From the IMG/VR virus record IMGVR_UViG_3300028393_001967: a stretch of DNA of 64,000 nucleotides, one strand, 5' to 3'. This stretch comes from a virus. Under the pieces are notes generated by a model. It was not told the DNA's origin and ran no database searches. It saw only the letters and a program-made list of their open reading frames with translations. Position 1 is the first letter of the stretch. Every line of letters begins with the position of its first letter. Both the position numbers and the translations under genes were made by a program. This document shows, in pieces, positions 37,861-44,386 of the stretch.

Positions 37861-37920
37861 TGCTATAATTAATACATAGCAGCAAATGATGGAGTTGGCT
37901 GCTAACAAGTTCTTTAAAAA
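37841..37920 (+). promoter_or_regulatory. Sigma70 promoter plus boxB-like hairpin and rrn-type boxA
   Basis: TTGACA-17-TATAAT; TAGCAGC...GCTGCTA; GTTCTTTAAAAA at 37909. Confidence 0.7.
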
Positions 37921-37935
37921 GATATAGTAAATTTT

Positions 37936-38019
37936 GCGAGAGTGGTGGAATGGTATACACAGCAGACTTAAAATCTGCCGCTGAAAGGCATACGGGTTCG
38001 AGTCCCGTCTCTCGCACCA
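37936..38019 (+). tRNA. tRNA-Leu(UAA)
   Basis: Class II; loop CTTAAAA; CCA. Confidence 0.93.
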
Positions 38020-38096
38020 TATATAAACACATTAAAACACGCCCCTAGTAGCAGTAGCGAATCAAGGGTGGAAGGTTGAGTGTGTTTATATATGGT
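38016..38096 (+). repeat. Conserved-stem hairpin element F
   Basis: ACCATATATAAACACATT...AGTGTGTTTATATATGGT. Confidence 0.75.
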
Positions 38097-38100
38097 TTTA

Positions 38101-38225
38101 GTTAGGAAGGTGGGATTAAAGGTGTCCATCCTCTAAGGAGTAGGGCCTGTATGTAATACAGGAAGTATTAGGTACCCCGTAACTGGTAAGGCCGACATCC
38201 CTTTTAGCGTAAAAGCACACCTAAC
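38101..38225 (+). ncRNA. ~125-nt structured RNA of unknown class
   Basis: Closing GTTAGG/CCTAAC; GGGAT/ATCCC; CCTGTAT-GTA-ATACAGG. Confidence 0.45.
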
Positions 38226-38234
38226 ATTTTATTT

Positions 38235-38311
38235 GTCCCGTTCATCTAGTGGCCAAGGATAGTATCCTTTTCGGGATATTCACAGAGGTTCGACTCCTCT
38301 ACGGGACGCCA
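38235..38311 (+). tRNA. tRNA-Glu-like gene with an 8-nt anticodon loop
   Basis: Glu-type body; arm GTATC-CTTTTCGG-GATAT; GCCA end. Confidence 0.7.
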
Positions 38312-38324
38312 TATAGTTTTTATT

Positions 38325-38416
38325 GCCAGCGAGACTTGGAAGTCAGAGAGGTCTTATAAGCCTTTTAGCGCCAGATTAGCGTTCTTGAGTGGGTCCGATT
38401 CCCACCGCTGGTACCA
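38325..38416 (+). tRNA. Atypical tRNA with UAU anticodon (Ile-like), long V-arm
   Basis: 1-nt acceptor/D linker; 4-nt D-loop; 6-bp anticodon stem; loop CTTATAA; CCA. Confidence 0.7.
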
Positions 38417-38418
38417 AG

Positions 38419-38651
38419 TTTTGTAGTGTTAGCAAGAGAATGTCACGCTATACGGTATTCTTCGAAGGTACTGTATAGTAGAAGGCAAGCGGGTTCGATG
38501 CCCGGCTGGTCGCTTGAGTGGGACCGGCGATAGATGGAATCCACGCTGGACCGGTATCCCAAGTAACAAGTCCTGGAAGAACTCGACGTAAGGAAGTCCG
38601 GCTCTGTACGTCTAAACACTAGTGATAAACCTGAGGACACTAGACTACAAA
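38419..38651 (+). ncRNA. ~230-nt structured RNA of unknown class
   Basis: Closing stem TTTGTAGT/ACTACAAA; long UUCG hairpin; T-loop-like CGGG-TTCGATG-CCCG. Confidence 0.55.
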
Positions 38652-38720
38652 TTCATTATTTCGTTCTTGCTATTGACGCACAATAAATATTGTGTTATAA
38701 TAGTTTTTTAGTTAGTATTT

Positions 38721-38803
38721 GCGCTGGTGGTGGAATGGTAGACACGCTGGTCTTAGAAGCCAGTGCCTAGTGCGTGAGAGTTCGAGTCTCTCCCGGCGCA
38801 CCA
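38721..38803 (+). tRNA. tRNA-Leu(UAG)
   Basis: Class II; loop CTTAGAA; CCA. Confidence 0.93.
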
Positions 38804-38834
38804 CAATTTTGTTTAACATTTATAGAAAGTACTT

Positions 38835-39062
38835 ATGATTCAACCTAAATTGGTCCGCACAATGAACGACACTGAAAAATGTGTTGAGATGATTGGTAAT
38901 CGTTTTGATCTTGTTCTTGTTGCGGCAATTCGCACTCGTGAATTGAAACGTGGCAGTCGTCCTCTAGTGGACAATAACAACAACAGTTCCGCTATTGTTA
39001 CTGCTCTTAAGGAAATTGAAAATGGCAAAGTTGGTATTGAATATTTGAGGAAAGTACGATGA
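38835..39062 (+). CDS. rpoZ: RNA polymerase omega subunit homologue
   Basis: CVEMIGNRFDLVLVAAIRTREL...IVTALKEIENGKV matches the omega consensus NRFxLVxxAAxRARQL...ALxEI. Confidence 0.85.
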   Translation: MIQPKLVRTMNDTEKCVEMIGNRFDLVLVAAIRTRELKRGSRPLVDNNNNSSAIVTALKEIENGKVGIEYLRKVR

Positions 39063-39244
39063 GTAAGGGCAGTCGACCACGACCATTTAGTGTTAGCCAA
39101 GAAGAACTTGGTAATAAGTTTGATGCAATTTTTGGAGAGAAACTTAAGAAACCACAATATGTTCCTCCCCCATTGCCAGAAATTGAAAAACAAGAAAGTA
39201 AAATTAGTTGGGTAACATCAACTAATGATAGCAATAAGGAATAA
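39059..39244 (+). CDS. Hypothetical protein
   Basis: ATGA overlap; MSKGSRPRPFSV. Confidence 0.6.
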   Translation: MSKGSRPRPFSVSQEELGNKFDAIFGEKLKKPQYVPPPLPEIEKQESKISWVTSTNDSNKE

Positions 39245-39245
39245 T

Positions 39246-39416
39246 ATGTCAGAAGAAATTCAAGTAGAACAGGTAGAACCCACTGCTAAAAAGTGTGGTT
39301 GCGGTCGTAGCCCATTGGGCGTATGCATTGGTTGGCACGCACTAGGTGAAGACGAATTCCGTCAAGCACTTGCTGTATATGAATCTAATGTTATTCCTAA
39401 GAATGATTTGATTTAA
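39246..39416 (+). CDS. CDGSH-type Fe-S/Zn-finger-like small protein
   Basis: CGCGRSPLGVCIGWH resembles CxCxxS...CDGSH; AAGGA RBS. Confidence 0.65.
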   Translation: MSEEIQVEQVEPTAKKCGCGRSPLGVCIGWHALGEDEFRQALAVYESNVIPKNDLI

Positions 39417-39421
39417 ACACG

Positions 39422-39495
39422 GCCCTACTAGTACAATGGTAGTACACTGGTTTTGTAATCCTGTGATGGCAGTTCGATTCTGTCGTGGGGCACCA
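39422..39495 (+). tRNA. tRNA-Thr(UGU), second copy
   Basis: Loop TTTGTAA; two mismatches in the anticodon stem; CCA. Confidence 0.8.
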
Positions 39496-39496
39496 A

Positions 39497-39705
39497 GGGA
39501 AACCCGGTTTACACTTTTACCGTTATAAAAGTGGGTGGGGCAGTCACCATAGAGAGCGCCGGGTGTGCAGTGCATTGACCATTAGTTCCCCATTTAAGGG
39601 ATACTAGAACGCATTGGGTGAGGACTAACGCCTTTCCAGAAGAAGAAATGTTATGGACGGGGCAACCACCCAGTTCAGGGCTCTTGTGGTGAGAGTAGCT
39701 GGACA
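39497..39705 (+). ncRNA. ~200-nt GC-rich structured RNA of unknown class
   Basis: Hairpins CACTTTTA/TAAAAGTG, CAGTGC/GCATTG and TAGTTCCC/GGGATACTA; no ORF. Confidence 0.45.
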
Positions 39706-39839
39706 CTTTATTATAATGCATTGACTATGCGGACTTCATCCCAGTAGTAGCAATACTGCCCAAATCGTCTTTAAAGGTGCCTGTGGGTCGACTTAGTCAA
39801 AGCAGGTGAACATTTGTCGTTAGTGTGTTATAATAAAGT
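39705..39839 (+). repeat. Conserved-stem hairpin element G
   Basis: ACTTTATTATAATGCATTGAC...GTTAGTGTGTTATAATAAAGT with G:U pairs. Confidence 0.7.
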
Positions 39840-39841
39840 AT

Positions 39842-39915
39842 GCGGGATTAGTTTAATGGTAAAACAGCAGATTTCCAATCTTCGGTCAAGAGTTCGATTC
39901 TCTTATCCCGCTCCA
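39842..39915 (+). tRNA. tRNA-Gly(UCC)
   Basis: Loop TTTCCAA; TCCA end. Confidence 0.9.
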
Positions 39916-39930
39916 AGATTAAGATAGGTA

Positions 39931-40443
39931 ATGATGAAAGAAAAGTTTAAGCAAGCATTCATGGATACAGCCCGGCGGTTCGCAGAACTTAGCCACGCTC
40001 GTAGACTAAAAGTTGGTGCTATTGTAGTCAAAGATGATCGCATCATTAGCATTGGTTACAATGGTATGCCCGCAGGTTGGGATAACAACTGTGAAGACCA
40101 AGTATGGGATAGTGGTGCAGGTGGCTGGTTAGATCCAGAAGAGTTTGATGCCAAGTATCCATATGAAGGTTGGCACGAAGGTGCTCAACGTGATGTACGT
40201 TACGGATTAAAAACTAAACCAGAGGTATTACATGCTGAATCAAACGCGATTGCGAAATTGGCTAAGTGTGGTGAGTCCGGATTGGGGGCAACCTTATTCG
40301 TTACTCACAGTCCTTGTATTCAGTGTGCTAAACTTATTTTACAGTCTGGCATTAGTAACGTTTATTATAATGAAAATTATAGAGATGATTCAGGCTTGAC
40401 ATTCCTTGAGAAGTCAGGTATAATAGTAGAACAAGTTAAGTAA
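39931..40443 (+). CDS. dCMP deaminase
   Basis: KVGA, GYNG, HAESNAI and SPCIQC. Confidence 0.92.
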   Translation: MMKEKFKQAFMDTARRFAELSHARRLKVGAIVVKDDRIISIGYNGMPAGWDNNCEDQVWDSGAGGWLDPEEFDAKYPYEGWHEGAQRDVRYGLKTKPEVLHAESNAIAKLAKCGESGLGATLFVTHSPCIQCAKLILQSGISNVYYNENYRDDSGLTFLEKSGIIVEQVK

Positions 40444-40450
40444 GATTTTT

Positions 40451-40525
40451 GCGTCGTTAGTTCAGCGGTAGAACTCCATCCTTACACGGTGGCTGTCGGC
40501 GGTTCGATCCCGTCACGACGTACCA
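40451..40525 (+). tRNA. tRNA-Val(UAC)
   Basis: Loop CTTACAC; CCA. Confidence 0.9.
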
Positions 40526-40532
40526 GTTTATT

Positions 40533-40609
40533 CGGAGTGTAGCTCAGTCTGGTAGAGCACTGCGTTTGGGACGCAGGGGCCCAAGGTTCGAATCCTTGTA
40601 CTCCGACCA
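40533..40609 (+). tRNA. tRNA-Pro(UGG), second copy
   Basis: Loop TTTGGGA; CCA. Confidence 0.93.
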
Positions 40610-40611
40610 AG

Positions 40612-40804
40612 AACGTTCTGTCTAATCAGCAGATAGTATGACCCGTACGATGAGAAGTGCTGTGATAAGCAAGGGTGGTAGTCTTCTTACCAAAAGGCCG
40701 CTAGCAATGCGAGAACGGTCCCTGTCGGGGAGCGGGTGGAAGGTACGTGTGATGACTCCAAAGGTCTGATGTACTATAATTACCGCCGGGGGATGCAGAG
40801 CATT
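40612..40804 (+). ncRNA. ~190-nt structured RNA of unknown class
   Basis: Closing GTTCTGT/GCAGAGC; ACCCGT/GCGGGT; GC-rich; no ORF. Confidence 0.45.
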
Positions 40805-40830
40805 TATTTTAAAATATTTTTAAAAAAGTG

Positions 40831-40901
40831 TTGACAAACAGTAAGAAGTTTGCTACAATATATACATACACTAAGCAATTAGCGTATACGTTCTTTAAAA
40901 A
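40831..40901 (+). promoter_or_regulatory. rRNA-like promoter plus boxB-like hairpin and boxA
   Basis: A-tract, TTGACA-17-TACAAT, TACACTAA-GCAA-TTAGCGTA, then GTTCTTTAAAAA at 40890. Confidence 0.75.
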
Positions 40902-40916
40902 ATCGAGTATAAGAAG

Positions 40917-41031
40917 TTCTTATACAACTGCCCACTAAGGCGTAGGCCACGCTGATATGGTTAGAGCATAGCATTGTCTATTGGCAATGTCCACAGGTTC
41001 AAATCCTGTAGGTGTGCAGTTGTATAAGAAT
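40917..41031 (+). ncRNA. tRNA-like cloverleaf without CCA, mounted on a 15-bp stem
   Basis: TTCTTATACAACTGC/GCAGTTGTATAAGAA; T-arm ACAGG-TTCAAAT-CCTGT; D-loop with GG. Confidence 0.55.
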
Positions 41032-41032
41032 T

Positions 41033-41926
41033 TAAGGGTAGTTTAATATCCTGTAGGCGGTTCGCCGTCGACGAAGAATAACTGTGGTGACACAGCCAAA
41101 GGAGGTATGCCTACATAACTCCGCTAGTAATAGTTCGTTTAGACAAGCCTGCTCACTGTCGCGAGACAGCGATCACTGATAAGACCGGTGGTTGTAACAA
41201 TGACGCTGGATGTTGTGGAAAGAACCTTTGCTTACAAGCCCGCAAGGGGAACTTGAGTAGATGGAAAGTAACAGGTGGTGCTGACTTCACAACTAAACCA
41301 GTCCAGTTAATTAGTATGAGAAAGGGTAGTGTATTTGTCCGAAGGGTTGCACCTAAGGGCTTGTATGCAGTTTGAGTGGTTAGTGGAGGCTGTCAGCAAT
41401 GGCGGGGTCGACACAGATCGCAAAAGACGACTGAGTAGTTCGCAAGACAAAAGGTACGTGGTGTGTTGTATTATGTAGTCCAAAAGATTATGTAGCAACT
41501 GAGTCAGCACATCGCAGTAGGTTTACAGTAGCACAATGGTAGTGCAATTCCCTTTTAAGGAATAGGCTGTTGGTTCAAATCCAACCTTATATAAAATGCA
41601 AAGACTGACTCGGTCGTATGTGAAAGACATCTAATACTTGGCTCGTAAGAGAACTAAGTCTAATTAAACTCGCAAGGTGAGATTAGTTTATACAGGATGT
41701 TTCGTAAGGTGTTAGCGCACTTGAATGGCTCGCAAGGTCAACGGAATGGAAAGTGTAGAATAGCATACGGCGACGTGACTACTGCCTGTCACTAAAAACG
41801 GCGATGTTGACAACAGACTAGGATACCTAGCAATAGGGCTTAGTGGAAGTCGGAAGAAAGTAGACTCGCAAGGTTTACAATAATGTCCGAGGTGTTGTTC
41901 GGTAAGGATGTATTCTCAGTCCTCCA
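41033..41926 (+). ncRNA. Giant (~900-nt) structured ncRNA, GOLLD-like, with embedded tRNA-Lys-like domain
   Basis: No + strand ORF; raised GC; many GNRA tetraloop hairpins (CGCAAG x5, GCGAGA, TAGCAATA); tRNA-cluster context. Confidence 0.7.
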
Positions 41927-42019
41927 TTATATTAAAGTACATTTAATTTATACATAGTGTAGATATTAAGGCAGTGACACCGCTGTGATTAGAAACGTCA
42001 TAAGTGTGCTTCAATATAA
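41927..42019 (+). repeat. Conserved-stem hairpin element H
   Basis: TTATATTAAAGTACATTTA...TAAGTGTGCTTCAATATAA. Confidence 0.65.
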
Positions 42020-42049
42020 ATTCGTTTTGCAAGTTTTCTCAAAACTTGA

Positions 42050-42288
42050 CTGTGAGTGTGTGGAGATGAGAGATTGCCTATCAATCTACTCTTAAAAAGT
42101 ATATTGGAAACAACTCCGCGATTTAGTGTACCGAGATGAATTGGCTTAATTGCTTTGTTTATTGATGCTCGGAAATATTAGATCCACTGTTTATTGTTTT
42201 TTGCTTTAGTAAAGGTTGCCTTAAAACCAACTTGGTCTAATGTCAATTGCACATTGTCCTGCAATTAACTTGCCATACGCTCACTGTA
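42050..42288 (+). ncRNA. ~240-nt RNA with closing stem and dispersed (A/U)UUG repeats
   Basis: GTGAGTGT/ACGCTCAC ends; more than 10 WTTG units. Confidence 0.5.
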
Positions 42289-42316
42289 TTTTAAATCAAA
42301 TGAAAGGAACTCGATT

Positions 42317-42883
42317 ATGAAATTAACACTTCGCAAAGCAAACGCTCTACAAAACACAATCCAAGAACACATCAAGACTATCGAAGTCACTGCCACAGTT
42401 TCATTGAACGAGTTTCAAACTCCTTCTGTTGAGTTGGTAACCGCCCGTAACACATTAGTTACTAATGATGGTAAACGTGCTGCCTTGACCAAGACCCTGT
42501 ATGGCATTCGTGCTCAAGTTGGTCGTGCCAATGTTGAGTCTGGTGTTAGCGATTTGCTGGCAGATGCCGCATACGTTGACAAGCGTTTGGTACAATTGAA
42601 GGTGTTGACTGACAGCAAGGTAGTTGAGACTGATGCAGTTATCGACGGCAAGTTGGAAAAGATCCGCACACAAGAAAAGACTAGCCGTATGTATGGCTAT
42701 GCTGACACTGTTGATACTGGTGTTCTAACAGCAGAACAAATTGAAGGTTACAAGGCAGCAATGCGTGACTTGAAGAAACAAAAGCAAACAATCAACGACA
42801 AGGTGTTGGAACTTAATGTTCGCACTGAAATTGAATTGAGTGCTGAAACTGTTGCACTGCTACAAGCAGAACAGTTGGTATAA
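42317..42883 (+). CDS. Coiled-coil protein, DIP1984/septicolysin-like
   Basis: MKLTLRKANALQ...GRAN...LELNVRTEIEL pattern; AAAGGA RBS; strongly biased codons. Confidence 0.5.
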   Translation: MKLTLRKANALQNTIQEHIKTIEVTATVSLNEFQTPSVELVTARNTLVTNDGKRAALTKTLYGIRAQVGRANVESGVSDLLADAAYVDKRLVQLKVLTDSKVVETDAVIDGKLEKIRTQEKTSRMYGYADTVDTGVLTAEQIEGYKAAMRDLKKQKQTINDKVLELNVRTEIELSAETVALLQAEQLV

Positions 42884-42889
42884 ATATAC

Positions 42890-42963
42890 AGCGGGTAGGG
42901 TGGTCACCACACCGGTCTCATAAGCCAGGTGCATCGGCAGTTCGAATCTGTCACCCGCATCCA
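42890..42963 (+). tRNA. Atypical initiator-like tRNA-Met(CAU) with 3-nt D-loop
   Basis: 1:72 mismatch; GCGGGT/ACCCGC; loop CTCATAA; CCA; TATAAATA box just upstream. Confidence 0.7.
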
Positions 42964-42982
42964 TTAACATCTACCAGATGCT

Positions 42983-43738
42983 ATGTTTTTAGATGATTTT
43001 TATTCTTCAATCACTCCTGAAATGGCCAAAACTGTGTTTGGCGAAAAAGCCCACTTTCATTGGGGAGCTCAAAGTCAGTCGGCTAATCCTTTTGATCAAG
43101 CAGTAATTGATATATTTCCTTATATTAAAAAAGGATCAAAGGTATTAGATTGTGGTTGTGGGTGGGGAGGTCCGGGAAGAATGTTCCAGGAACAATTAAA
43201 TTGTGATGTAACTGGAGTAACTATTTCCAAAGTCCAAGCAGACTACTCTAATCAATTTTTTCCTACATATCACGCTGATCTACACAATTTTAAATCTGAT
43301 CAGCATTACGACGTGGCTATATTTTTCGAAAGCTATTTTCACTTGGAACACGGTGATCAAGTTTTGAAAAACTTACAAAATAATGTTGATCAAATTATAA
43401 TCAAAGATTTTACTGTAGATGTTGATGGGAGTAGGGCATTGCCAGCTTGGTACGGGAAATGTAGAAGTAAGGATCAATTTTTTTCAGAAATTGAATCAGC
43501 AGGTTTTACAGTAAAAGAATTTAAAAATCCACTGATTGAAAACTATTATCAAGATACGATGGATCATTGGATTGAAGGTTTAAAAAAACTTAATCTATCT
43601 AGATTGCCTATGTTAATGAACACCGTTCAAAATTTATGCATTCATTATCAAACCATGAAAAATTTAGATGACTATACCAGTAATCACAAAGATTGTCGGT
43701 ATGCTTGTACCATACACGCAATAAAGAATGTATCATAA
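42983..43738 (+). CDS. SAM methyltransferase (sterol/tocopherol MT-like)
   Basis: HFHWG, VLDCGCGWGG and VTGVTISKVQ. Confidence 0.82.
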   Translation: MFLDDFYSSITPEMAKTVFGEKAHFHWGAQSQSANPFDQAVIDIFPYIKKGSKVLDCGCGWGGPGRMFQEQLNCDVTGVTISKVQADYSNQFFPTYHADLHNFKSDQHYDVAIFFESYFHLEHGDQVLKNLQNNVDQIIIKDFTVDVDGSRALPAWYGKCRSKDQFFSEIESAGFTVKEFKNPLIENYYQDTMDHWIEGLKKLNLSRLPMLMNTVQNLCIHYQTMKNLDDYTSNHKDCRYACTIHAIKNVS

Positions 43739-43756
43739 TTTTTGATACCAATTTGA

Positions 43757-43785
43757 TTGACATAGATATTAAATAAATATATACT
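43757..43785 (+). promoter_or_regulatory. Sigma70 promoter of the tmRNA (with embedded TAAATA)
   Basis: TTGACA-17-TATACT. Confidence 0.8.
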
Positions 43786-43791
43786 GTAAGT

Positions 43792-44262
43792 TAAGACTGT
43801 ATGAAGTCGATTGAAAAGGATTCTGGACGCGGGTTCGACTCCCGCCAGGTCCACCATAAGGAAGTTTGATGATTTTACAAGATTTAGAATATATTTTCAA
43901 GCCGCAAGTTGACGAAGGTACAACCAAGTTGTACTTTATGTTGATAGATGGTGAGCATACGATGATGGAACGACACAATGCTAGTGATATTGAATCATTA
44001 GTTCCAATGTTAGATTCATTTCAATATGCTGGTACAGAAATTCGTATTCCTCGTTTTATAAAGTAAGTTTTCTTATGATGGGCCTGCCATGGTTTCGACA
44101 GGGTCAAGAGTAATGAAATGGACAGTCCGGCAATGTAGAAGCCGTTAGGGTTGGGGTTTCCCGGCCGAAGACACAAAACCTATAAATGCAAACGATTCAG
44201 TTTACGCATTGGCCGCCTAAACGCAGCCTGGGGTAAGACATACCTCGCAACAGAAACTCAAA
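43792..44262 (+). ncRNA. ssrA: Circularly permuted (two-piece) tmRNA, tag (A)ANDSVYALAA
   Basis: Acceptor piece ends ...GGTTCGACTCCCGCCAGGTCCACCA (43856); coding piece starts GGGCCTG (44080; G3:U70); tag at 44188-44220. Confidence 0.92.
43869..44066 (+). CDS. Small acidic protein encoded inside the tmRNA intervening segment
   Basis: AAGGAAG RBS; 65-codon ORF filling the spacer. Confidence 0.6.
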   Translation: MILQDLEYIFKPQVDEGTTKLYFMLIDGEHTMMERHNASDIESLVPMLDSFQYAGTEIRIPRFIK

Positions 44263-44263
44263 G

Positions 44264-44287
44264 TAGGCTCTCCGGAGCCTATTTTTA
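44264..44287 (+). terminator. Intrinsic terminator after ssrA
   Basis: TAGGCTC-TCCG-GAGCCTA-TTTTT. Confidence 0.85.
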
Positions 44288-44386
44288 TGACTATAGAAGT
44301 CATAGGAATTTTCAATTGAAAAATGCTATTTTTAGGTTGATTCCTATAGTAAATAAAAGTACAATATTATTTTACAAGGAGACTGT

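Noticed and set aside
38419-38651. Bona fide RNase P RNA
   Set aside because: The similar words are in the wrong order and P2/P3/P4 helices could not be built; kept only as an unknown ncRNA.
41033-41926. rRNA fragment or group I/II intron
   Set aside because: No recognisable 16S/23S conserved blocks, no interrupted host gene, and no group I P7 or group II domain V seen.
27594-42019. CRISPR array interpretation of the recurring TATA..ACACATT/AGTGTGT..TATA elements
   Set aside because: They are dispersed inverted repeats with variable spacing, not tandem direct repeats, and no cas genes are present.
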